In this document: piece by piece, positions 49,853 through 62,081 of the stretch
Numbering within the stretch: position 1 is the stretch's first letter
Layout: each line of letters starts with the position of its first letter
Assembly: GCF_006345805.1 (NCBI RefSeq)
Contig: NC_043007.1
Span: 53,568,001 to 53,632,000 of the forward strand
Length of the DNA stretch: 64,000 nucleotides
Origin: Octopus sinensis
Taxonomy: Eukaryota
Direction: 5' to 3'
The notes under the pieces: model-generated
Told to the model about the DNA's origin: nothing
What the model saw: only the letters and a program-made list of their open reading frames with translations
Databases searched by the model: none
Position numbers and translations under genes: made by a program

Positions 49853-50990
49853 CAAGGGTGGACTAAAAAGATCATAGGCTTTCAATACTAATGAAGAAGT
49901 GATGCTAAAGCTGTGAAATCTTGTATGCATTAAGTTCAACTCTTCTTAATAAATGCATTGCTTCTTTCCAGATAAACTGACAGCTGACTGTTCAAAGAAG
50001 ACTTCAAAGTAACTAGTAGCACCTGCTTGAAAATTGATAAAATTTGGCATTGTGATGTTATCAAGTGCCTGCAGCAATAGTGTTTTGCTGACATGCTTGC
50101 TACATTAAGGGATGATGCTCCAGCTTAATCAGTAGTTCAAAAATAGGCAGCTGAACTTAGGAGGAGAAGGGAGAGTCTTGAAGATGATCCAAAGTCTGAA
50201 TGTCCTGCAGCTGAAACTTTTGAGGAAAACACTGATTGTGTTCACCACATGGTGATGGATGACAGACGATTGACTATAAATCGAATAGCCATTGCTGTTA
50301 GCATATTCCATAATAGAATTGAGAATATTCTGCTCAATGAACTTTGCATAACACCTATCTAACACCTGATCAAAGCATGCTGGGCTGATCACATCACAGG
50401 AAAATCTGACATTGTTTGAGGCAGATCCAGCTGGTTTCTTTGAATGTTTCCTAAGACAGGATGAGTGATGGCTTCATCATTTTAAGCCAGAGACAAAGAG
50501 ACAATCCATGCAGTGGAAACACCCCTCCTCATCTGCCCCAAAGTTGTTTCATCTGCAGGGAAGGTGATGGCTTCAGCTTTTTGGGATGAAAAAAGCATTG
50601 TGCTTATTGACTGTCTTCAAAAGGACCACACCATCAATGGAAAATTGCTATGCCAACTTGCTGAGAAATTACAAAAGGCTGTCAAGATCAAACACCAAGG
50701 AAAACTAACAAAAACTGTGCATGACTTTGATATGGAATTGGTTGATCATTCCTGTTCTCTTGATTTAGCTCCATCTGACTATCATCTGTTCCCCAACATG
50801 AAACAACACTTGGCTGGGAACCAGTATTGCAGTGATGAGGACATCAAATCTGCTGTTGATAACTTTTTTTTAGCAATAGGATGGAAGAAGTGTGTGGACT
50901 GCAATGGGGGCTATGTTTAAAAATAAACCCTATTTGATCACATTCCATGGAGTATCTTGGTCAGCTTATGAGCTTTTCAGCCAACCCTCA
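49853..50990 (+). mobile_element. Decayed mariner (irritans-like), TA-flanked
   Basis: TIRs caagggtggactaaaaagatcatagg / cttatgagcttttcagccaaccctca; SAGKVMASAFWD, LDLAPSDYHLFP. Confidence 0.85.
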
Positions 50991-51631
50991 TACTGCCTGA
51001 GCACACATCATGAAGCTGTTAATGATGCCAGAAGTTAGACATATTTACTAATATATTTATGATATTTTTAAAGTTTTTAACACTTTTCTTTATATCAACT
51101 ACAACTAAAATCTCTAACATCTTGCTTTTTCATGTACTTGCATCTATTACTTGTAGCTTGTGCTTGATTGTTACTTCTCTCTAAATTATCTCTAGTATGT
51201 ATTCACTGTGTTTGTTGCTTAGGTTATGCCTTCCTTCTTAACTGTCAGTTGTCATGTTTTAAATGTTGTAAAATCTCTATATAAACTGCAGCCATTAATT
51301 ATGTTTTGTGCTTATTACATTTCCAAAGCCCAATGCTGGTTTGTGTCTCTTTTCTTAATTTACACGTCTTCTTTCTTAAGTTATATACATATGTCAGCTT
51401 TCTTATGGTATATTGAAATATTCAGTGTTGTTCAAGTTGAAAACTTGAGGAATTAATGCTAACATCGGAAAGCAATTTATTTTAACTCTCATCTGAAAAT
51501 TTATGTGCTACTATGTTTCAGCACATGAAACTAATAGTAGCACATAAAAACATATATTGTGTTTATTAAATAATATTTATCTTTCACCAAATGGAGTACT
51601 TTATTGTTGATCTTACCATCATGGAACAGCA

Positions 51632-51662
<31 letters not shown>

Positions 51663-52869
51663 CTCAAAATAAGCAACAAGAATATCTTCGGTAATTTGTA
51701 CGATCGTTTCACGCTACATCATTTTATTAAACATTGTAAGTATTACTGCAGTTTAAAAATGTTGAGCAATCATCAGCCATTTATAGAGGTTTTCCATTAA
51801 AATATATTTTCATATTAATTGATAACATTATAGAGAGGCTAAATATATAGACAGAGATGTCGATTTGAATTTTAAGAACATTAAGGTATTAGAATTTATC
51901 TTCTGACTGAAGAATATTCATTAAGTTATTTTGAACTGCTAGAAGGTGGGGAGGTATATTCAGTTGAATGGAGACAACAGAGATTTTCTATTTATAGAAA
52001 TAGGGGTGAAATAAATGTCAAAAGTTATTCCTAAAGAAATTAAAGTAGAGAAGGGGTTATAATGCCCTAGAAGCTGTTTATTGCTGTTTGGCAAACAGAT
52101 TTTGTATCAAGAAAACTAGGTCAATGCTAGATGGTCAAAATGACCACCTATATACCAAAAAGTTATAGAGAATACAGAGATTCCTTTATACTTATATAGA
52201 TCAGATTTATACTTAGCTAGTAGGTGTTGATTATTTTGATACGTTGGATTAAAGGAGAAATTATAAATCTAATATTTATTAATTTTGGAGAAAAATCTAT
52301 CATTTATTATGAGTAGGCATAATACTCAATAACTGTGGACAAAAGTCTTATTAATAAAGTGAATATATTAGGGGTCAAATATATATATTTTAGAAAACAT
52401 GGAAGATGAATAATTTTCTTAGGTTTAGTAGAAGGTGATTTATTTTTATGAAGAGAAGTAATCAAGAAGTGTAAATTTCTCAGATTTAGTAGATAGTGAA
52501 TTGTTATTAATGAATTAAATTAAAGAATCTGTTAGACATAATATTTACTACCTGCAGAGAAAAGCTAATTAGTTAGGTAAAAATATCCTGGGTTAATGAT
52601 ATATTAAGAAATGGAAATGAGGTAATCAAGATGAACTGAGTAGTTTCCTTAGGAACATAGAATTTATACTATTTAATATAGATTATCAAAAAAAACAAAA
52701 AAAAAACAAGAGAGAATTTAATTCCAAATATGCAATGAAGTTATTTAGTAATCTATGCGTGTTGAATTAAAAGCTAATATGGTATATTCATTCTTATTTA
52801 GTTATAAAGAATTAGAATTTGAAAAATTTAGGAATGGTCACAATATTATTATTTAAAATATTTAAACGT

Positions 52870-53250
52870 AGGCGTAGGAATGGCTGTGTGGTAAGTAGCT
52901 TGTTTACCAACCACATGGTTCCGGGTTCATTCCCACTGCGTGGTACCTTGGGTAAGTGTCTTCTACTATAGCCTCGGGCCGACCAAAGCCTTGTGAGTGG
53001 ATTTGTTAGACGGAAACTGAACAAAGCCCGTCGTATATATGTATATATATGTGTGTGTGCTTGACAACTCCTGCTGTTGTGTTTACGTCCCCGTAACTTA
53101 GTGGTTCGGCAAAAGAGACCGATAGAATAAGTACTAGGCTTACAAAGAATAAGTCCTGGGGTCGATTTGCTCAACTAAAAGGTGGTGCTCCAGCATGGCC
53201 ACAGTCAAATGACTGAAATAAGTAAAAGAGAGAGTAAGAGTAAAGAGAGT
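52870..53250 (+). mobile_element. Full-length tRNA-derived SINE
   Basis: aggcgtaggaatggctgtgtggtaag head, ggttcattccc B-box-like, (agtaaaag) tail. Confidence 0.9.
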
Positions 53251-53829
53251 ACGGGTTGTGCGATGTATGCAAGATCTCCTAGTTCAGAACGGTTATTTAA
53301 CAGATTTGTATTATTCATGTTTTGAAATTTCATATGTTTCCATAGAACAAAGTTCACAACCATCTCTACTATTTTTATAAGGCCGTGCTTTCCTTACTAT
53401 ATCCCATTTCAGGTTAAATTCTATATTATTCCTTTTCAGTTCCTAAAATTTACTAGACAATGTTGTGCAACCTGCCTTGTGTTTAAGCCTAAAGGAGGAA
53501 AAATGATTGTTTAAACGTTTTTTTAAATCCACTGAACAACCGAAATAAAGATAGTTGTTATTTGAAGTCACTATTGTACATTTATAGATTACATTTTGGA
53601 CCAAACAGTAGCCAGATATTGGACATTTCGATCTAATCCTACAATTAGGGATAATTCATGGTATAATTCATGGTACTAGTATTATTTATGGACAATTCAT
53701 TTTCATTTTCGTTACTAGAGTTATTATTAGTATTAGTGTTATTTCCTCTAACAGTAGTTATATTATTATGTAAATTGGGGTTACTAGTTACTATCCTCAC
53801 CTACTACATCTTTATCTTTATTACCCATA

Positions 53830-53895
53830 TTATTGATGTTGTCATTATCATTATTTATATTAATGTTTTTATTATTATCATTATTATCACCATCA

Positions 53896-53933
<38 letters not shown>

Positions 53934-54030
53934 ATTATTATTATTATTATCATTATTATCATTATTATCATTATTATTATTATTATTATTGTTATTTTTA
54001 TTATTATTATTACCATTATTATTGTTGTTA
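53830..54030. repeat. (AAT)n-rich microsatellite inside the PLE ORF
   Basis: Translates as poly-Asn in ORF 53784-54332. Confidence 0.9.
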
Positions 54031-55229
54031 CTATTTATTCCATCTCTAGCTAACTTTATATTTTTACTATTAAGTCTAGCTATTATGGTAGCCATATTTG
54101 GAAGAGTAGAATATGATATTCTTACTGATTTCTTAGAAATTATTTTATAATATTTATGGGAAACTGGGAAGTTTTTTTCTAGTATAGACATAAATCTACT
54201 GTATATATTCATAGAGATCACACAGTTGAAGGGAATATTTAACCAAATAACATTTTTTCTTTTGTATTTTTTATTTGAATAAGAGTGGGAAAGATTAATG
54301 TTATCTATATTCCTATGAGATTCATTATTCATTTTAGTCTTATATTTATGTTTATTAGGTTTTTTTTCTTTGTGGGGGAGATTTTCATATTATTTACATT
54401 TATTTTATCTGGTTTAACATTTTCATATTTATTTATGATCTGTTTACTATTTTCATTCATATTATTGAGTTTATATACTAGGTTCTTTTCTTCTATTGAT
54501 TTATGTTTATTTAGAGTATGAGATTCTATATTGACCTATTTACATTCACTTCATCGTTTAAGAGATTTATGTTATCAAGATCCAGGAAGGTGATTTCCTG
54601 GTCATATCCAGCCCTAGATAATGCAACATTATAATGATTCAAGTGAGAGTCAAAAATTTCAATATTCGATAATAATTTTGAAATTCTCCGAGAAATATTT
54701 TTCACTATTGATTTTAGTATATTAGTGGGGCGATTGGATAATTTATTTACGTATCTGGTAACTTCATCCTCCTTTCTAAATGGGTGATATAACTTTGAAT
54801 TTAAGTCTAAGGTAATGTCTAGAAAATTCACTATCTTGGTGTTATATTCATACGTAATACCTAAGTTGAAATCTTTGAAAAACCTACTAATTTTCTTTCT
54901 TATTCTCTCAATTTTTGATTTATTGTTACTAGGTACAATAAATAAAGCATCATCTCTATATAACCCTCCTTGTAATTCTGGGATTTCCCTACCTATGCAT
55001 TTTAATAAATACGCTCCTACTAAATTCGTTATCTCTGCCGAATCACTTGAGCCCATGGGTATGTCGAAATTATTTGGGGTATCAGCCCTAGTCCATAATT
55101 TTCATTCAAATTCGATGATAGTTTTCCTAGTTAATAGAATGATCTCAATTTCTTCCTTAGTTATGAGAGAGAGGTTCTTAGCAAAAATGAGTGATTTATT
55201 ATGCTGGAATAGTAATTGCTAATATATAT

Positions 55230-56228
55230 ATATGGTTGTAGCTGACAGTAGAGACAAGATAGGTAAACTTCTCCATATCCTGTAGTCTGTGATCTCCAAT
55301 ATGTATGTTTGGGATGTCCGATGTAGCCTGACCTATGATTTTGGTCTTCTTGAGGCTGATAACTAAGCCAAAGTCTCTACATGCTTGCTCAAAGCTGTTG
55401 ATGAGCCTTTGCAGGGCTTCTTCTGAGTGTGATACCAGAGCAGCAGCATCAGCGAAGAGCATCTCCTTGATAGGATGCTTCTGATTTTGGTCTTGGCACG
55501 CAGACGCGAGAGATTGAACAGTTTCTTGTCACTTCTACTGTGCAGAAACTCTCCATCATCTGATGTCTGACAGGCATGTGACAGCAGCAGCAAGAAGAAG
55601 ATGCCAAATAATGTAGGAGCAAGGACACAGCCTTGCTTTACCTAAATATCTTTCACCTGTGCTGCCTCCGGAAAATTCTTGGCATCAAATGGCAGGATCG
55701 TGTCCCCAACAAAGATGTCCTTAAGCAAGCAGGAATACCAAGCATGTTTGCACTCCTCACATAATGAAGTATGAGATGGCTTGGACATTTTAGTTGTATG
55801 GAAGATGGCAGAATCCCTAAGGACATACTCTACGGAGAGCTTGCTAGGGGCACTAGGTCTGTGGGAAGGCCGTTCTTACAGTACAAGGATGTTTGCAAAT
55901 GGGACATGAAGGCCTGTGACATCAATATTAGCAACTGGGAAGCGGTTGCCAGCAACTGTGGAGATTGGTGATGCACCATAGAAGGAGTGACAGAGGGAGA
56001 GAGAGAGGAGAAATGGAAAGACAAAAAAAAACAATAACAAAAAACTATGACAACCAGCCAGGCAAAGTCTTCACTACATCTGCATCACATGCCAGAGGGA
56101 GTGTTTGTCCAGGATAAGACTATACAGCCACAGCAGGAGATGTAATTGACATGAAATGTAAAACCCAGATTGGATTATTTTATGCACAATTCCATTGTCT
56201 CCTGAGGCAAAAGGATGCCAACAGCAAC
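55230..56228. mobile_element. BovB-like RTE with 5' inversion
   Basis: Minus 55230-55642 encodes ...KQGCVLAPTLF..MLFADAAAL..FTYL; plus 55643-56228 encodes LNIFHLCCLRKILGIKW..LRWLGH-like..CQRECLSRIRLYSH and the ccattgtctc...aggatgcc tail. Confidence 0.8.
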
Positions 56229-56281
56229 AATATATATACAAATGTAAGACCCAGTTATTGAGGTTAGCTTCCAGCAATCTC

Positions 56282-56707
56282 TTTACTCTCTTTTACTCTT
56301 TTACTTGTTTCAGTCATTTGACTGCGGCCATGCTGGAGCACCGCCTTTTTAGTCGAGCAAATCGACCCCGGGACTTATTCATTTGTAAGCCCAGTACTTA
56401 TTCTATCGGTTACTTTTTTTTTTTTTTTGCCGAACCGCTAAGTGACGGGGACGTAAACACACCAGCATCGGTTGTCAAGCAATGCTAGGGGGACAAACAC
56501 AGACACACAAACACACACACACACATACATATACATACATATATACGACGGGCTTCTTTCAGTTTCCGTCTACCAAATCCACTCACAAGGCATTGGTCGG
56601 CCCGGGGCTATAGCAGAAGACACTTGCCCAAGATGCCACGCAGTGGGACTGAACCCGGAACCATGTGGTTGGTAAGCAAGCTACTTACCACACAGCCACT
56701 CCTGCGC
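56282..56707 (-). mobile_element. Full-length tRNA-derived SINE
   Basis: Reverse complement of the 52870 SINE. Confidence 0.9.
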
Positions 56708-56878
56708 AATAATCCATAGTAAATATTAAAAAAATAACTTTCAGGGACAATAGTTGTTTATTGAGAGGGATGGCTGTGGATTTTTTTCCTATCGGAGAAT
56801 GATAAGCTGAAAAAAATTCTTTTTATATTCCATGGTAGGTGACCAGGGTTGCCAGGTGTATGAATAAGAATACAAAAC

Positions 56879-57234
56879 TTATGGAATGGAGTAGGAAAGA
56901 TCTGGGATACATAAGTTTCATAGCAAGCGGAACCTCAGAAGTGGTAAAATCCAAGTGAGGTGTATACCACCAACTACTCTTCAGGCCAAGGATATTTTGG
57001 TTAGAGTAAAGGTTACTTTGTCACAAGGAGGTACATATTGATGCAAGGAAGATTCAATCAGAAAGTAGAGTATGAGAGGAGTATATAAATGTAGGAAGAA
57101 ATAAGTATTAGAAGAAGGGAAGAAAGAAGAATGTAACCTTTAATCTAACTAGATATCCTTGGCCTGAAGAGTAGCTGAGGTTCCGCTCACTATGAAACAT
57201 ATATAGCCTAGATCTTTCCTACTCCATTCCGTAA
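56879..57234. repeat. Fold-back element (~100-bp arms)
   Basis: ttatggaatggagtaggaaagatc... mirrored by gatctttcctactccattccgtaa; left arm carries a ~33-bp insertion. Confidence 0.8.
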
Positions 57235-57254
57235 CGCTTGCATATATATATATT

Positions 57255-57651
57255 CTTCTTTTATTTGTTTCAGTCATTTGACTATGGCCATACTGGAGCA
57301 CCACCTTTAGTCAAGCAAATCGACCCCAGAACTTATTCTTTGTAAGCCTGGTACTTATTCTATCAGTTCTTTTGCTGAACTGCTAAGTTACTGGGACTTA
57401 AACACACCAGCATCGGTTGTCAAGTGACATTGGGGGACAAACACAGACACATAAATACGCACACACACATACACTTACACACACACGCATATAACAGGCT
57501 TCTTTCAGTTTCCCCCTATCAAATCCACTCACAAGGCTTTTGTTGACCCAAGGCTATAGTAGAAGACACTTGTCCAAGGTGCCATGCAGTGGGACTGAAC
57601 CTGGAACCATGTGGTTGATAAACAAGCTACTTACCACACAGCCACTTCCGC
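57255..57651 (-). mobile_element. Full-length tRNA-derived SINE
   Basis: Same family as above. Confidence 0.9.
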
Positions 57652-58027
57652 ATTATACTTGAGACAGTTCGATCTGGTTGCTCCCCAAAAAAGCCCAAGC
57701 TAAGAGCATTAGATTTTTTAGTACAGCAACAAAGACAAAAAATTGAGAACATGGTACACAATTACAAATACAAACAACAAGAATATAACACTAGATGTCT
57801 TTCAACTGTAACTGCCTGAAACAGTAGGGACATCTGGAACTTGACTGAAGAAAGAATGCCACGAATGACACATACTTTTTTTTCCTTTCCTTCTAATTGT
57901 TGTTTCTCCTGCCTGTCTGAATGTCTTATTGTCCTCTTTTGCATTTTTGTTCCATTATTTATATTTATATTTACATATAGTGGCATATGTACACACTTGT
58001 GCTCACCTTATAGTAAGTATATATATA

Positions 58028-59802
58028 TCATCATCATTCATCATTCATTTAGCGTCCGTTTTCCATGCTAGCATGGGTTGGACAGTTCAACTGGGGTCTG
58101 GGGAGCCCGAAGGCTGCACCAGGCCAGTCAGATCTGGCAGTGTTTCTACAGCTGGATGCCCTTCCTAACGCCAACCACTCCGAGAGTGTAGTGGGTGATT
58201 TTATGTGCCACCGACACAGGTGCCAGACGAGGCTGGCGAACGGCCATGCTCGGATGGTGTTTTTTATGTGCCACCGACACAGGTGCCAGACGAGGCTGGC
58301 AGACGGCCACGCTCGGATGGTGTTTTTATGTGCCACCGACACAGGTGCCAGATGAGGATGGCGAACGGCCACGATCGGATGGTGTTTGTTACGTGCCCGC
58401 AGCATGGAGGCCAGTCGATGCGGTACTGGCTACCGCCACGTTCAGATGGTTTTCTTGTGTGCCACCGGCACTGGTACCACAAAGATACAAATTCCATTGA
58501 TGTTCATCTATTTTGATTTGTTTTGATTGATTTTCACTTGCCTCAACAGGTCTTCACAAGTGTCACAAGGAAGGTATGCACAGGTGGACTGACTACGTCC
58601 CAGGTAGGGTCCACGGGTTATGGCCTGACTAGTCTTGCCGGGTCTTCGGATGGTGTTTTTATGTGCCACCGACACAGGTGCCAGATGAGGCTGGCGAACG
58701 GCCACGATCGGATGGTGTTTGTTATGTGCCCACAGCATGGAGGCCAGTCGATGCGGTACTGGCTACGGCCACGTTCGGATGGTTTTCTTGTGTGCCACCA
58801 TACTGGTATCACAAAGATACAAATTCCATTGATGTTCATCTATTTTGATTTGTTTTGATTTGATTTTCACTTGCCTCAAAAGGTCTTCACAAGTGTCACA
58901 AGAAGGAAGGTATGCACAGGTGGACTGACTACGTCCCAGGTAGGGGCCACGGGTTATGGCCTGACTAGTCTTGCTGGGTCTTCGGATGGTGTTTTTATGT
59001 GCCACCGACACAGGTGCCAGATGAGGCTAGTCTTGCCGGGTCTTCGGATGGTGTTTTTATGTGCCACCGACACATGTGCCAGATGAGGCTGGCGAACGGC
59101 CACAATCGGATGGTGTTTGTTATGTGCCCACAGCACGGAGGCCAGTCGATGCGATACTGGCTACGGCCACGTTTGGATGGTTTTCTTGTGTGCCACCGGC
59201 ACTGGTATCACAAAGATACAAATTCCATTGATGTTCATCTATTTTGATTTTCACTTGCCTCAAAAGGTCTTCACAAGTGTCACAAGAAGGAAGGTGTGCA
59301 CAGGTGGACTGACTACGTCCCAGGTAGGAGCCACGGGTTATGGCCTGACTAGTCTTGCCGGGTCTTCGGATGGTGTTTTTATGTGCCAACGACACAGGTG
59401 CCAGATGAGGCTGGCGAACGGCCACGATCGGATGGTGTTTGTTACGTGCCCACAGCACGGAGGCCAGTCGATGCGGTACTGGCTACCGCCACGTTCGGAT
59501 GGTTTTCTTGTGTGCCACCGGCACTGGTACCACAAAGATACAAATTCCATTGATGTTCATCTATTTTGATTTGTTTTGATTTGATTTGATTTTGATTTGA
59601 TTTTCACTTGCCTCAACAGGTCTTCACAAGTGTCACAAGAAGGAAGGTATGCACAGGTGGACTGACTACATCCCAGGTAGGGGCCACGGGTTATGGCCTG
59701 ACTAGTCTTGCCTGGTCTTCTCATGCGCAGCATACTTCCATAGGTCTCGGTCTCTAGTCATTTCCTTAGTGAGACCTAAAGTTCGAAGGTCGTGCTTCAC
59801 CA
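58028..59802 (-). mobile_element. RTE 3' fragment expanded by ~60-bp and ~330-bp tandem repeats
   Basis: Junction ggtcttc/ggatggtg at 58641, 58977, 59039 and 59361. Confidence 0.9.
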
Positions 59803-60104
59803 TTTATATATGACTCATTTGAGGCAAAAACTTTTTAGGTAAAATAGATTTATGCTGGCTTTTAAAGTGTTATGACAAATTTATCACAGAATTGGCTGTT
59901 TTATATCTCTACAGTATAAAGATCTACAACTTTTACAGATATATTAAATAGGAAAAATTGCCAAGCATGAGATTAGAACTTATTTTAAAATTCCAAGGAA
60001 TTTCAAAATATCAGCAAACTGTCAGGGATGGGACAAGTACTAAAGAGTTTACGATGGCCATCACAAATTCTTTGGAAACATTGAATTGAAGCTTTCATGA
60101 TTTA

Positions 60105-60456
60105 AGAATTTCTGAAGTATTAATGTGTGGTGTTATTCTTGTACTATGAAGAAACGTTTGCCAGACTTTGCATGTAATTGCAAAGGGCACTAAAGCAAAT
60201 AAGTAAATAGCTTACTTGAAGTCATCTTATTTGTGGAGGAAAATAACAAGAATATGCCTAAGAAAGGCACAGGGATGGCACAGAATTTCTGAAGTATTAA
60301 TGTGTGGTGTTATTCTTGTACTATGAAGAAACTTTTGCCAGACTTTGCATGTAATTGCAAAGGGCACTAAAGCAAATAAGTAAATAGCTTACTTGAAGTC
60401 ATCTTATTTGTGGAGGAAAATAACAAGAATATGCCTAAGAAAGGCACAGGGATGGC
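60105..60456. repeat. Tandem duplication, 2 x 177 bp
   Basis: agaatttctgaagtattaatg at 60105 and 60282. Confidence 0.9.
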
Positions 60457-60750
60457 TGTGTGGTAAGAAGTTTGCTTCCCAACCACATAATTGTCTACTA
60501 TAGCTTCGGGCTGACCAAAGCCTTGTGAATGGATTTAGTAGACAGAAACTGAAAGAAGCCCATTGCATATATACATATGTATATATCTATGGATGTGTGT
60601 CTGTGTTTGTCCCCCCACTCCACCACTTTACAACCAGTCTTGGTGTGTTCTTGTAACTTAGTAGTTTGGAAAAAGTTGTTTGATTAAAACACTTCAAAGC
60701 GGTGCCCCAGCACAGCTACAGTCAAATGACTGAAACAAGTAAAAGATAAA
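60442..60750 (+). mobile_element. Degenerate tRNA-derived SINE
   Basis: aggcacagggatggctgtgtggtaag head; gtcaaatgactgaaacaagtaaaag tail. Confidence 0.8.
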
Positions 60751-60894
60751 AAAAACAAATGATGAAATATGTATATAACATGACAAAACAGTGTTATATG
60801 GTTTAGCACCTGAATAATGCCAGATAAACCTCCTATATATATATATATATAAATATATTACGAAAAGAAAATATAAAATACACGTGGAAATGTA

Positions 60895-61215
60895 AGGGTA
60901 AAACATGAAAAATCAACGAAAATGCATATTGCAGATAGAAAAGGCTATTTATGACAGGTAGTGACAAATATATACATTTAGATTGACTGAGGTAGTAATA
61001 CGAGTCAAACGATGAATAGCCTACGCGTAAACCAATTGGTTCGTTTTATTCTCTTACTTTATTATTATTATCGTCTTATAATCATCTCATAATAATGACC
61101 TTTATGACTCGTATTACTACCTCAGTCAATCTAAATGTATGTATTTGTCACTACCTGTCATAAATAGCCTTTTTCTATCTGCAATATGCATTTTCGTTGA
61201 TTTTTCATATTTTAC

Positions 61216-61218
<3 letters not shown>
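60895..61218. repeat. Fold-back element (~113-bp near-perfect arms, ~97-bp spacer)
   Basis: agggtaaaacatgaaaaatcaacg...cgagtca mirrored at 61105-61218. Confidence 0.85.
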
Positions 61219-61258
<40 letters not shown>

Positions 61259-61259
<1 letters not shown>

Positions 61260-62080
61260 TAGCAGAATTGCCCGGCGTTGCTCGGGGCTGAATTGCTTGA
61301 AAGTACTGTTAATGATTGCACTGAATTATGATGATTATTCAGGCAAATATTGATATAAGTTTACGGTGGGAGATAAGGACTTAACGATCAAACGTGTGCC
61401 ATTGCATTGTTTTGGGGGAACCAAATATCTGATGAGCATTATAGGGGCACCAACTTTAAGTTTGAGAAAGTGTGGTGGTAGTCCGGGGTGCTCAAAGGAA
61501 TTGAGTACCTCTATTGGATAGTTGATGACGTCCTCTGGGTCAGGAGTTGTATCGATAGACTGATATACATAGACTTCCCCAGGAATGAGTTTTAGCATTT
61601 CATCATTAATATGGTGAACAGTTTTATTCCTTGGGGCCAGTATAGCCTTTTTGCCAATCCAATCCATATTCTAATAATTAGCTTGTAGATCTGGGAACAC
61701 TGCATCTCTGAGATCAGAAGGCGTCTTAACAAAGGTACAAATGGAATCGATGGCAATATTACCAGTTTCATCCCCTGGTATTTTGCCTTCGCCAAGTGCA
61801 AGGAGGGTGTGAGGAAATGCTGCTGATGTGATATTACGTCGCATATGAGCACGCATATTGGTGTGAAGTTTGAGAGTTACTTCCCTTTATTTAAAAAATA
61901 TGCATTAAAATGGAAAAAAATGATGGTAAATTATTTGTAAAATCGTAGACTCATCGTAGACGTGCGCTAATACCCAGAAGGGCTCGATATGAATCACGAC
62001 TATAAGATACTATAAAATGTGGGAGTAGTTAGGAATCTAAATCGGAGTAGACAGACACACAATCTTTCTTTTATATATAA
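61259..62080 (-). mobile_element. Non-autonomous Helitron with Pif1 fragment (copy of 360-1205)
   Basis: CTAG at 61259-61262 with hairpin; same 5' end. Confidence 0.85.
61335..61856 (-). pseudogene. Helitron Pif1-like helicase fragment (internal TAG at 61671-61673)
   Basis: LKLKVGAPIMLIRYLVPPKQCNGTRLIV is intact. Confidence 0.85.
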
Positions 62081-62081
62081 A

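Larger units (their letters stand above)
52830..55220 (-). mobile_element. Penelope-like element (RT, poly-Asn linker, GIY-YIG), interrupted by a SINE near the ORF end
   Basis: FDIPMGSSDSAE, GLYRDD, VNFLDITLDL, VIWLNIPF, CPISGYCLVQNVIYKC...YFGC...RLNNHFSSF, CELC..., CIHRTTRTFKYFK*. Confidence 0.85.

Noticed and set aside
51790-52830. AT-rich region possibly the pseudo-LTR or N-terminus of a tandem PLE copy
   Set aside because: Its position fits, but no motif could be read with confidence.
52870-52940. tRNA-like A/B boxes in SINE heads
   Set aside because: No complete cloverleaf, and they continue into SINE body and tail.
53670-54150. Poly-Ile and poly-Leu membrane-like ORFs
   Set aside because: Antisense frames of the (AAT)n tract.
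57810-57895. Minus-strand peptide ...FFLQSSSRCPYCFRQLQLKDI* resembling a C-terminal zinc ribbon
   Set aside because: Short, with a single CxxC, and no linked exons could be established.
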